A DNA stretch of 64,000 nucleotides from Moniliella sp. 'wahieum' (Eukaryota), in contig RSEE01000021.1 in the NCBI GenBank assembly GCA_003971905.1, positions 372,001-436,000 of the forward strand, read 5' to 3'. Every line of letters begins with the position of its first letter. Positions within the stretch are counted from its first letter, which is position 1. The notes beneath the pieces were generated by a model. The model did not search any database and was not told the DNA's origin. It was given only the letters and a program-made list of their open reading frames with translations. The position numbers and the translations under genes are program-made. This document shows positions 37,051 through 50,061 of this stretch, piece after piece.

Positions 37051-39677
37051 GCACACAGTGACGCCGTGGGGGCACCTGGGCAGCAGGATGCCAGCAGGGG
37101 GGGCAGTGTGGCGCTGATTACCGATGTATGGTGCGTGATGCATGGATGATAATCGATAAGTGGTCACCTTGTCAGACATGCCAGGTCTCAGATGTCAGAT
37201 GTCACCGGTCACTGCTCACCGCCCCCCCGGCCACCCGCCGGTAACATATGCAGGGAGGAGGTTTAGCTGTGTTGGGGGCAGCATAGCTTGGATGCTAGGG
37301 GCGTGCGGCCAGTGTGCTGCGACGAGGCCCACCCACCCTCTGGGCTGCACGCCTCCCACTGCCAATGGAGTACCTTCACATCAACATCACACTTTTTCTC
37401 GGAGAGCGAGGGAAATGCGCGCCGTACCAGCTCGCTCATCCGGCGTGAGCAGCGTGTTGCTCGCCGCGATTGCCATCGTGTTGGTGCTGACGCAGAGACC
37501 ACTACCGCTGTAAGCGGGTTCGTCTTTGGGAGCAGTCAAAGGGGGGCACCCAGAGCACATGTCGAAGAGAACAGCAGCCAGCGCTCTGTGGAAAAATACA
37601 ACCCCCACTCATCCTCAAGCAAGACAATATACCGCGCTTTGAAAGTTGCATCTTTGTGCCTGTTGCGGGGTTGCGACGTCCCTGGACAGTTTGTGAGGCT
37701 GACACAGTGCGCCACCACGCACTGGGCAGCGCCTGGGCATCCGGCCTTCCTAGCTAGGAACTATAGTCTGAGTCCGTATATAGGCGCTGACTATAGTCAG
37801 GAATAGCCACTGTATCTTAGTTGCTCCGCATCTGCCTTTTGCTGCGACCACCATTGCCCGCTGTTCTCGCCACCCTCATGATCTCAAGCTTCAGCACACG
37901 CACCACACTCGCCCCGTGCGATGGAGCATGTGTAAAAGGGAGTGCGGGGCGAGACATCTCTTCCCTGGCGCACCTGTCTCGGTGGCGAGGACGGCTGGGC
38001 GCGAGTGCGAATGTGCCCTTCGGTGCGCACAAACCGAGCTACACGCACGCCCTGCCGCAATCAGCACTGTGCAGCAGGACATGTGGCAACACCAGGGCAC
38101 TCTGGCTGCAAGAAAAGTATGGCCGCACAGGCCACTACGGCGACACTGTGATGGCAAAAATGCGCGATGCCGAGAGAGAGAGACGAGCGATGGCAAAGAG
38201 GACGCCGTCGATGCGACTAGAGCCCTGCCCGATATAGTACTGCGGAGTGCGCCTGTCTCATTGTTGGCCGTGCACAAGGAAGAGTACTGGCCTCGCGGAT
38301 TTGATGTGCCTCCCCGCCAACAGACGCTCTCTCTCTGAAAACACATCCAAACCCACATCCCCATTCTCTCTGCCTCACGGCCACAACACAGCGCCTGTAT
38401 TGTCCCTCTCAGTGGCTGGCAGAAGCGGATGGATGTGGCCTAGGCAGTGCAGGCCTCTTCTCTATCTCTCGTCTGCGCTAGTAAGAGGCACCAAACGGTA
38501 GAAGCTTATTGGCGCCCCCCAGCAATAATGCGCGCAAAAACTTGGCTTAGTCCATAAGCAAAAAGCGCAGCCTGACTTCCCAAATTGCCACAGAGCTAGT
38601 CGAGGTGCTCGCCCTCGGCCACCCTCCCCCCCCCACCACCTCCCTCTTCACCACCGCCACCTCCTCCTCTTCGCATCCGCCACCGCCTCCTCTTCGCCTC
38701 CGCCACCCTCCTCTTCGCATACGCCACCGATTGCCGTGATGCTTGCGCCCCCAGCCGGTACAGCGTGGGCCCGCATCGCCGCTCACGCACTGCCGACACC
38801 TTCTATCGCGTGCTTCCGCCTGTTCCTCAGCATCGCATGTACCTTAGGGTGCTTTGTGTTGCGCTTCAATCCTCTACCACCTCTGGTTTCCCGTCGGCTG
38901 GTTGGAACCTCCTTTCGCTCCTGTTGTGGACCCCCTCGCCTTCCTACTCGACGTTCTTGTTGTCCTCCGCAAGCAGGCGTGTAATAAGGGGAACACCTGC
39001 TGGAGGTCCTAGAGCACCTTACTATTTCACCCTGTTCGGTGGGCTGCTGTGGCTGATCACGAATACCAGCCAAGAAGACGCCGGACAAGATCTCTCACGC
39101 CAGATGACACGCCCCCAGGCACCCCTGGGCGCTATCCTATTGGTCAAGGTTCTTTCTTTCCCGGTATGTCCAGCTTACACCCCCCCCCCCATCTCTTGTC
39201 TCTGACCTCATCTTGCATCCTTCAGACAACGACGGTACCTCTAGGTTGTTTAGCCCTGTGTTTGGTTGGGCCGCTACGGATGGCGGGCCTTGCCTCCATC
39301 CAGGTATGCAAGCGCGTCTTCCCTCCGTCCGCGCTCAAGACTGGCCCGTGCCACAGCGCCTCCGGTGATGGAGTGCAGCATGATTCGGCTGTTGCTACCA
39401 TTCCGCTCCGTGAGCCCTCTTCGCCTAGTCCACGCAACTGGTTGGGTGTGCGCCCCGCTGCTGTGGGGGCGGATGCGAGGCTGCCACCTTCCCCGACCGA
39501 AGTGACTGGATGCATGCTCCTGTTGACGGGTACAGTACGCCGATATGGAGTCCGTCGTCTTCATCATCTCAGATTCGTTTTTTGGAAGAAGGGGGGTCGA
39601 CTTCTAAACTTTTTGACCGCTTGCATCGTCCAAGCGGCTCGACTGTACGCCCTGTCTGCAATGGACGAGAGTCAGTA

Positions 39678-42600
39678 ATGCCTCCTTCGCATACCCTAAG
39701 CCACCAGAGTTTCGACCAGGCCGCCCGTCCGACGGAGCGGATGGCTCCTGCACCTCATCAGGTCGTTCCAAGTGCGACCATTTCCCCTCTCCGGGAGGAT
39801 GCAAGTGTTTCACTTGGTTCAAATGACCCAAGTGGGTCCCTTTCTGCTCGTCCGTTGGGTGCGAGCGTGACGACCTCACCTCTCCTACCTGGCAAGAGTC
39901 TGGGAGGTACACCTCATTGGGAGCATTCGAATGTGCCAGCCACACCACGTCCCAGCGACAAGAGTGCAGCCTCCTCCCCTCGTGCCGCGAGTTCAATCAA
40001 CAAGTCTCCCGCACCTCGTCCGTATGGCCGGATCATGGCCCACTCCCCTCGTCCGTTGGATTCGAGTGTGTTTCACCTCGTTCAAACGATTGGAGTGCCG
40101 CCCTGTCCCCTCATTCGACGAGGCTGACTGAGTCTTACTTCCCTCGTCTGCATGGTCGGGCGATGGCTCCCTCCCCTTGTTCCTTGGATTCGAGTGTGTT
40201 TTCACCTCGTCCCAGCGATCGGAGTGTTGCCCTGAACCCACGTCCGGCGAGCTCGAATGATTCTCCTTCACCTCGTTCGCCTGGCCAGAGTGTGGCGTCT
40301 GCCACCCTGCCCCTGACCCCGGGGCCACCGTTGAAGTCTCGGCTTTACGATTTGCCGCAGCTAGATGAGCTCATTGTTCGACGGAACAACGACCCTCCCG
40401 GCTCTAACGTACGGCATCTATTCCCGGACCGCCGCCCCCGTCAGTCCCACCATTCTGGTACTCGGAACCGGCGGGTCGCGCGGACGGACACCAGTGGGTG
40501 CGGTCCGGGGGTCCCCACCGACGGAACGAGGTCTTCCTCGCCTGCCAACGCAGAGCCAGGGGGCATCAAGCTTCCGCTGGTGCCCAGGCGAAGGCCGAGC
40601 GCTCTTCAGATGATTACCTGGCGGATGCGAGGGAAGTTCTTGCCAGTGTGGCTTTAATCCTACGCGACCCCGTCTTCCCCCTCAAGTCAAGTATGGACCC
40701 GGACAGTGCTGCTGATGGTCCAACGGCCACAGTCGTCCCGGAGCCAGTTGTCGTCTCATCGGAGCTTGGATCAACCCCGGAGCCCAATATGGCCGCCGAG
40801 AACACTTTTGCTCAGGAGCCAGTTGTCATCTCATCGGAGCTTGGATCAACCCCGGAACACAGTGATGTGACTGTCGAGAACACTTGCATCGTTCCGGCGC
40901 CAGACGTCGGTTCATCGGAGCCGGAGCACACTGTGGCCTCAGAGAACACTTTTGTTCCGGAGCCAGTTTTGTCCTCAGATCCTGGTAGCGTTCCAAAGCC
41001 CCCGCCTTCGATGCCTTCTCTGTCCCGGTCAATCTCGAAGCCATACTGCAAAAAGCCATCACCATTGGCATCCAAGAAGGTGTCGAGGCGGGGGTCACAG
41101 CCATCAAGGGCGCCAACAACGCCGGTGTCATTGACGGCATTCAATTCGGCTACTTCCCTACTTCCGAGCTCGCCAACAACCAAGTTGCCAACATTCCCAC
41201 TGAGCCCATCTTCCCTCCGCTTCCTCCATTCCTTCCCATTGCAAGGTACGTGCCTGGCCCCAACATATATGTGTTGAACACAAGTACTAACTGATGGACT
41301 GCCTCTAGTGCCATCGAGAACCCCAATCATCCAAAGGGTTGCGTATCACTTTCAGCGGAACCAAAAACCTCAGGGGTAATTACTGGTCCGTCTCAAGATG
41401 ACCGCATGGTTGCTGCTTGTGCCAGTCATGTTCCTATCGCATTCTCTGGTCCATCCACTGAGCAGAGTCAGGTTCCGGAGGAAGCGACCGTGGCCCAGCT
41501 TGATTTGGACGAGCAATGTGACCACACCACTTCCGTTGCCGCTGGGACCGATCCGACCCAGTCTTCTTCCGTCTTTCAAGCTTCCTTAGTTCCTCCGCAG
41601 CAGCACCAGTCGCAAGATCCGTCTCTGCCTTATCCATCCGTGGGAGAATCCGAGCCAGTGAGGGTAGCCACGGTGGCCGACGTACCAGTCGCTTCGCCAT
41701 CAGGTGAGGGTCACCACGTCGTTGACACAGAGGATCAACAAGTCCCCCTGACGGGCTTGATGGCGGGTGTCGCTGATGCGAAGGAAGCAAAGGATGACCC
41801 TCTGCCGCCCCTTCCGGTCCCCAAGGCGACTCAGCTTCCTCAGACTGTTCTGGAACAACCGTCCTCGGTCCCACAGCCTTCAGCCCTGCCGAAACCCGAA
41901 CCGACCCGCAAGCCGGATCAACATCCTCTGGCAGAACTTGCGGTGGCTGCTGAACATGTGGATGCTGGAGCTGTGGCGACTGAAGCTGTGGAGGCTGAAT
42001 CCCCCAAGTCAGACGTGGCACCTCCCCAGCCTGCTCCCCGTCGCATTATTGCTCGACTTCCTCAGCGCCGCCCAACGAACCGTGGTGGAGTGCGAGCACC
42101 GCCGGCTATCGCGACGAAAGCTGTTGCCCCTGTGGCTCAAGCTCCTACTCTTTCTCTATCGGAGGGCTCAATTCCCATCAATGAAGATCAGAGTACTCAG
42201 GGCGCCACCAGTACATCAACAGCTGGACCATCTCCAGTTTTCTATTTCGGCCCAGCAGTTCTCCCTTCACAGCATGCTTCCGTCCACAACCCTCTCCCTT
42301 CTGAGACTGGGCCTGTGGAGGCTGGACCTGTGGCTACTGGGTTGGTGATGGTGGCCGAACCTGCTGAGGCCGGATCTGTGGCGGCTGAACCTGCTGAGGC
42401 CGGATCTGTGGCGGCTGCGCCTACGGCTGCTTCACCGCCCGCGCCAGAATCAGCACCTCCACAGCCTGCTCCCCGTCGTATTGAGGCTCGACTTCCTCAG
42501 CGCTGCGCAACGAATCGCGGCGGTGTGCAAGCACCTACGGCTTGCCCGACGAAAGCTGCACCTGTTGCCCAAACTCCTGTTCTTCCCCATCGGAGAGCTC

Positions 42601-42892
42601 GAGTCCAACCAAGGAGGATCAAAGTACTCAGGGGCACCGGGTGGTCAGCGACGAAGTTGCAGCTGCGATAGCCCCAAGTACCTCTGGCTCTTCAATTCCC
42701 TCTACGCCACAGCCTTCTCCAGGTCAAAACCCAGCGCTGCCTCCTAAGCGCCAACAGGCTCCCCGTCGAAACGGTCTGGTGGTTCGCTCAGCGCGCCCGA
42801 TAGAAGAAGACCATGACTCGGACGCTGAAGCGGATGAGTTGATTCGTCAACTCAAAGCCTCACACCCAGCAACAAGGCGGCGGGGACTGTAG
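39678..42892 (+). CDS. Hypothetical Ser/Pro/Ala/Glu-rich low-complexity protein with internal repeats
   Basis: Chained + strand ORFs 39510..40127, 39917..40657, 40498..41277, 41406..42671, 42542..42892. Intron-like GTACGT..CTAAC..TAG at about 41246..41308. May begin further upstream (about 38740). Confidence 0.55.
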
Positions 42893-45800
42893 GCCCCTGC
42901 CTTGTCCCTCTATTGCGGCTGCCAAGCGCACTTATTCTGCCCATAAAGGTTCGCTTTCCAGGTGCCTCGCTATGAGCTGGCATCCGAAGGTGCGACTCAA
43001 CCGTCCCAGACCTCAACGCAGACGTTGGTGGCGGGTGCCTATAGGCCTGTACTATGAGAACGGATGCCTACAGGGCTCCCCCTTCTTATTACTACCAGGC
43101 CCTTGGTCGGTGGATTGTTCGATTTCTCTCCTCCGACTATAGGGCAGCTTCTTGTTCTTATCTACCCTTTTATATTATATACTTGTGTCATTTTCACCCA
43201 ATTGTCGACCCTTCTCGCCTTTTATCCCTCGATGATGTTGATTGTTGATTGTGCCGCCAAATGTCTACTGTGTCGACCATTCTCTCTCCCGTGCACACAC
43301 GTGCCACATTTTCGTAGAGACACCTGAGTCTACTTTTCATGTATATATAGGTGATTGCTGTAGAGTACTTTCACGAGAGCTTTCCTGGATTAGTGTATAT
43401 ATTAGTGACAAGAGCTTGGCAGGACCCCCTGGTCTGCAGGCTCTCAGCAGGTTTGTGTGTACCCGTGGTAAGCGATTCTGGTTTACTGTCAGTCGGCCTT
43501 GTATTTATGGGGCTTCGCTCCAGCCTGTCCCGTGTGGATATGGCGACTGTCCACGTCCATCTTTCCGCCATCGTCTCCACCGTTCCATCGCCTATACTAT
43601 CGATATCATCCACCGTTCGCTAAACTATACTCCACAGGATATATGCTCCGGCTATTATACTCTGGCTCCTTCGTCCAATAAAATTTCCTTACACGAGGTT
43701 AAATCCATTTCCTACACTTGATTGTGATGTTCAGAGAGGGCAAAAAAGCGCCCCCCGGCGTAAGAAAATCGTCCAATAATCCCCTTCCTCGTAAAACACT
43801 TACGCGAATGCGGAACATACTGTGTAGGATCTTCTGGACTCCACCCCTCCCTAGGGCCTGCCTCGCACGAACACGGAAAAGAATCTGAGATTTGCCGCAT
43901 ATGACGGCTTAGTCGGAAGTTTGTCAAGTGCGTCACGTGCTGCTTTAACCCTGTCCTGGCCACGTGCATAATTATCTCAAAGTTGCAAGATGCATGACTA
44001 ATGAATGATTGCCGGTAGCCGGTAGCTCCGATATAGCTAGCCAACATGTCTTTCGCTGGAGGCACAGAATGCCTACAACCTAAGACTTTGAAGGAGGGGA
44101 CTTCTAACGACAGTACTGGTGTCCACCAGTTCGACGCGTATCCAACCCTCGTCCCTTGTTCGAGAAGCAAGTGTTATTAAAACAAGGGTGGGTGATCGAT
44201 AAGGTCTGTGGATGGGATCTGAGATCTGAGAAAGCCTTTTTATTTGGTTACATCAACCCCCAGGGGCCGGTGGGGCCGGTCAGGAGGGACTAGGGACTGC
44301 GCTTTGGATGGTGGAGACGCATCTAGCTGTGGCGGGTTATAGAGCGGTGGAAATATACAAACTTCTTGTATAGTTTTGTATGGGGAGAGTGGATATATAT
44401 TGTTTTCACATTTCTACATATACTACGAGACAAACGTCAACTATACAGTTACCCACCAAAGCCACTCGCACTCATTCTCTTTCTTCTTTCACGCCCCTAG
44501 GCACCTGTAGCCCTAAGAATGTGGTGCATTTAACCAGATAGTAAAAGCTGAGAGACCGAGATATACTTGCTGGCACGCATTGTACACAGAGGAGACACAG
44601 TTTATGCCCACTCTCAAAAAAGTACCCTAGGGGCCGAGACAGAAACTGTAGTCTGTGTGGTGGATGCGCTATGAAAATGAGTTAAATCAGTGGATACCAC
44701 GCGGCGAAAACTGATGGCTGCGAAGAAGAGAAAGCAAAGGGAAAAGAATATCCACAACACAGTGGATGGAGAAGAGAGGACTTTTTTCTGTCAATGAACC
44801 TCATCTTCATTATGCATATGAATCTTCATTATGCTTATGATTATCGATTCTGTGTTGCTATTAGACCACAGGTACAGGGATCAAAAGTTTGACGGATTTG
44901 GTGAAGATTCAGAAGATCGATCCCAGTGGATGTCATCTGTTCCGATGTAGTACGGTGCGCACTATCTTACCTTTCGCCCGTATTAGTGAATAAATAAGGT
45001 ACCAACACAGTTTTCTGTGCGTCGGAGACACTTTTGTGTTTGTGGTATATATAAGCAACCACAGAGTGTGGTGTGATGCATCTTAGTATATACGAGCGTC
45101 ACCGATCTACTGAGGGCCGTGTAGGGGAACCCCATCACTACCGTCCAACAGAAGCATGCGAAGGCTGCGAAGGCACTAAGAATATCATCTGATAGCACTT
45201 CCTCGTCTTAGTATATATATGGCAGCTCTTTTTGGAAGTGTGAAACGTGTGGTGTTGTGATGCTATGACGATCTGACGTGTGTGGTGCGGACACGTGCGT
45301 CTGTCAGGCCTGAGTCTTAGGCCTGACCTCATGCCTCAGGAGAGACCGGAAGGGTGACCGGTGACATCGCTCTCCGTGCGAGGACGAGCGACGCGGGCGC
45401 GACGCTGCGAGAGTTCGAAGGATAACTGCGATGAGCGTGTGAGCCGAGCGGTACTTTTTATATACAGTCGGGCGCGTTTACGATATATATGTGTGTGCTT
45501 AGGAACATTTATGATTGGCATGGTGCAACGGCCGAAAAGGTGGCAATAAGCTGGATTGGCGGAGGGCAGTCCAACGCGTCAATAAAGCAAAACTAAACAC
45601 ATTGTGTGGCTTTACACTGCTGTGGCTCTGCTATTATAGTATTTTGACCAGAGATGTTTGGTTTGCCAAAAACGATTATACACCCCCCCCAAAAAAACCT
45701 CCCAAAGAAGCCCTCGTCGAGATATATCACAAAAAAGCTGGGAGCCACTATTGCAATACATAATTCCCACACAAATCCCTGTATGCATCAAGGCCTCAAA

Positions 45801-45960
45801 ATCCTCACTTCCGTTGCAGTCGAACTATATTGTGTGTCTGCTGTAGTTGCGATGCTTCTTCATCTTATGAAGAGTTCCATTATGTTATCACGTTGGCGTC
45901 TCGGCGAAGACACGTCTCATGATAACACCGGCCAACGTTGTACGGAAGAGGCGAGAGGTA

Positions 45961-46720
45961 GGTAACCGGTAACCGGTAACCGGTAACCAGCCATCGATAG
46001 TCCTGCCACCCACAGAGTAGAGGAGGGCGTAGGCATACACTGCGTGCTGAGCCTGAGCCTCCAGGTGTCTCAGATCCCAGATCCCAGATCCCCAGATTCT
46101 GAGATCTGAGATCTCACACTCGATGCCAGGTTTTGTGCCAGTGCCTGCCTCTGACGTGAGCATGTCGGAGTCCGAACTTGTGGGAGGCATGGCACCCTGC
46201 GTGGCGAACACGGTGGGTGAATTGGATCGAGGGCAGCGTGCCGTTGCCGATTCGGTGGGTACCATCCCTTACATCCGGCATCGATGCATGATATCATGCC
46301 GATCATCCATCACACATCGCTGTGACATGTGACATGTGACACGGCCATGTGCGTCTGCGACAGGCCCTGTCCGTCCCAGCCTGCACCAGCCTGCACCCTC
46401 CCAGCGTCACGCGTCACAGCATGACGCAGCCGTTGGGCATGTGGGTACTGCCTCGATTTGTTCAGGGGCGAGGTGGAGATGCGGCGGATACTGTTGATGT
46501 TGTTGTTCGTAGGCTGAGCGCTGAACAAGCCCGTCGTCTCGGCCGAGGCGCGGGGCGGGATGCTTGGGCTGTGAACGTTGTGAACGCTACTGTTGAGGCT
46601 TAACATGTAACACCTGATGTCCTATTGGAGCTTGAAGCTTGAGCTTGACCCCCGATCGATCAATGATCGTCGATGCAGAATACCCATGGCTGCCATGCCA
46701 TGCGACGTGAGATCTGAGAT
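45961..46720. repeat. Cluster of 7-bp-period micro-arrays upstream of the FAM72-like gene
   Basis: (GGTAACC)4 45961..45988, (TGTGACA)3 46321..46341, TCTGAGA units at about 46097..46112 and 46706..46719, CTTGAAG at about 46630. Confidence 0.88.
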
Positions 46721-46882
46721 TGATAAGGCCACTGCGATCGAGGCGAAAGCAGCAAACTCTCGGCTTTGCTTTAAAAGGAGACCATTCTCTGATTCCTTAG
46801 CCTGCACCTGCCCTCCACAAAATCGAGTGCTCCCATCCTCCTCCACCACCCCTACCTCCTCCCACAGCACCCACAAGCTCCC

Positions 46883-48219
46883 ATGCCTTTCTCATCCCCT
46901 GTCCCCCCTATGCCCCTTGGCCCTGGGTGCGAGGAGGCTCCCACCCATGTCGAGGTTCCCCTCATCCACCCGCCCGCACTCCTAACAAGGTCAAACGTAT
47001 CTGATGCTGCCGCCTCAGAGCAGCCTCAATGGCCCCCCTCGGCTCACGCCGTGTCCACTCGGCTCCATCCTGGCAACTTTGACCACAATCAGTCTTTGCC
47101 TCCCCTGTCCGCACCCGTCTACTCGCCCGCCCCATCAAATCTGTCCACATTACCGGCCTCCGACCATGCTCCCGCCTCGATGCACCCTGAGTCCTCCATG
47201 TTTCAACTCGCTGACTCCTTTCCTTTCCCACCCTACCCACACCGACGCCTGCTGAGTCGACAGGACAAGGCCAATCAGCGTCAAAACGTCTACATTGTTC
47301 GCTGCATCCAGTGTGACAGTTTCTTCACCGACCGAGGAATGAAGGCAGTGCTGTTGCTCAAACCCCATGTTACACTTTACAGTACGGACGCAATACCCAA
47401 CAATTGCAGTGCGGTTTATGCCCCCGAACCCGCACTAGGTCAATCCACGTTGCATTGCGGAGCGCCTCAGGAGCGGTCGTGTCGTTGCCCTCACCCAAAC
47501 GCTCGGATGCAATGGCTGCGGGAATGTGGTAGGGTACAACGTCATCTCGCCTTGTCCCAAATGCAATAACAACATTGCCAGGCACACTCAGGGCACGAAT
47601 GGGTACGCGACTTATTCTTCCTTTCTTTTTCCACCCGTCTTCTCACACTCATCTTGCGCATCATTACAGACACCGGATCGTTTTCCATTCCTCGGAAATT
47701 CGCATCCACCCAAGACGCTATGTGCCCGGCGACCGAGGTGTAAATGCGATGGAAGTGCCAGTCCGCCTCAAAATGTTACTGCAAGAACAAGCGGACCTGA
47801 CTTCTAAGCTCCAGTACTTTCCTGCTTCATCGTTGTGCTTCGAAGGAGCCAGCGTGGAACCGTCTGAGGACGGATTCATTTCCCTTCCAGCACCATGCTG
47901 GCAGAGTCAGCCGGGAATCACTTCAGACTCTCTGCAGCAACGACTCTGGATGGTCAACCGAGTTCTGCGCCACCACTACATGTGGCTACTCAAGCAATTC
48001 CATCATGGCGCACGCATCATCTTAGCTGGTGAGCCAGTGTATTGGTCGGATATTGATTACGAAGGAGGAGACCGGACGCAGCCCTTTGACTCCGAGGAGG
48101 CCCTCCCTTTTTGCTCTCCTGACGGTTGCGGGAATCGTCTGCACTATTCTCACTGGCCCTCAGGCCTCAGCCTCCCTCCTCCCATGTTCCCTGGCCCTTT
48201 TATCAGTGGCCACACATGA
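46883..48219 (+). CDS. FAM72-family (Yippee-like zinc-binding) protein
   Basis: VYIVRCIQCDSFFTDRGMKAVLLLKPHVTLYSTDA, TLGCNGCGNVVGYNVISPCPKC, TNGHRIVFHSSEI. Intron 47603..47669. Confidence 0.85.
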
Positions 48220-50061
48220 CTGCCCGCGTTGTACATTATTTCTACATACTTCGTTCTCGAGTCTTTTGCCCCTCCGCCCATAGTATCACTGACGGTCATC
48301 GGCGAGGTTCCAGACGTGATGGATCCTTCCCCCAGCTCTGTATCTTTGTCTATTCACCATCATGCTGTATCTTTTCCTATACTGCCCACCCTGCCCCTGT
48401 TCTCTTTCATCGTCTATTCTGTTCTGTGTCCGTCGTTGATGCATCCCTTATAAGCGTTAGCGATCGTGTTTCTCGTCCTCTCTCAAGGAAATGAGCTATA
48501 TCCTTTTTCTACCGAACCATTTACAACCCCGCGTCTAGTACTATAGTATACTTCCCTCTCCCGCATTTTGTGTTGAAAGCTTGCCTGGGGACGGTTACCG
48601 GTTCTCGACCATCATAAGAGATAGGAGAGATGCGCGTGGCTGAGCGGCGCTGATCCCACTTCCATTTCGGTTCTCTGCCTCGCCCCCACCTCGCATTTTT
48701 CTTGACATGCTCTGCCTGGCTCCATGTCCTCTCTGCTTCCGCCCGTCCCCTCACCATATACAGAGGAGCGGTTGTACCGCTTTTCCCGTCCTTCACTCGA
48801 CTCGTTTTCTCTCCACTTTCTGAGCCTCAACTGTCACAAAATGGATCTACGATCACGCTGATGCCTTTCGGAGGGCAGCTTCGCTCCCTTTGAAAGAGTT
48901 TGACGAGAAACACACACAGTCCTATCTCTTGCCAGACCTACGTTTTACCCACATAATAGAAAAAGGGTATTGGGTATATAATACCCGTATAGGAGAGCAA
49001 AACAAAATGTTTCTCGTCGAAGGCAACAGAGCTCACGGTGGCTTTTTGACCCTTCTCTGTGGCCATCAGAAGTTGTCAATGTCATCTCGGATCATTCGAT
49101 CATTGTCTTGCGTCACGCGTCATTTCTCTTTCTCTCTCGGATATATTCATCTTTGTGAACAGCCACACAGAGCATCGGGTGATGCGTCTTCGACGGTTTC
49201 AACAGTGCTCAGTTTTGACCTTAGCCATGGGCTTTTCAGGCCCTTAACGCCGGCCTCATGTGCATCGGCATCTGAGACCTGAATCTGCTGTCACATGTCA
49301 AGAATCGAGAATGTGCAAGGCTATTACGCCATGGTGGAGGGGGAAGAGGGACTCTCTTCTGATCGAATCGATGGCCAACACACGATGCATAACGTTTGAT
49401 GTATGACGCGCATGACGCATGATGCGTGATGCGATGTGAATCTGAGATTGAGATCGATGGGTTGGATGAGATCTGAGATGGACGATGTCGATGAACACGC
49501 GAGACCGAATGGGCCTTTGTAATGCTTTAACATGCAGCTTGACGCTTGAGCTTGACGTGTGAGTACTGTGAGTACTGAGTAGCTTTACTACTGCAACTGT
49601 TTGGCAGCTTGAAGCTTGCCACTTGACATGTGACATGCATGTGACATGTGACATGCGACGCGTGACTGGGACCAGTGACCGAAAAGCCATGTCTGTGCCG
49701 GCACGTGCTTCGGCTTACATACGGGATCGGGTGACTTGTGTGGTCACCGGTTACCGGTCACCGATCAACTTAATCAAAGAACTTAATCAAAGACCATCGT
49801 GGTCACCGGTTAGATCTCGGATCTCTCCGAACGATCTGAGTCCTTCTGAGCCTGCCTCAGGTACAGACAGACGCTCAAGACGTTCAACGTTCAGGCGCCG
49901 ACGGCTCGCCAATAAACGTCAAAACATGCACCGAGTACTGAACTCGGAACGCGCTGGCGCTGAATGTGGTTGAACGTGTTGAACGATGAACACGTCCAAC
50001 TTTGACGTCGTTGGACGCGAGAGCTGACGGACATGAAGCGCGAAGAGGGACAGCAAAGAAT

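Noticed and set aside
37288..38340. Possible small secreted protein (hydrophobic VLLAAIAIVLVL)
   Set aside because: It needs several frame changes and has no motif, so it cannot be supported.
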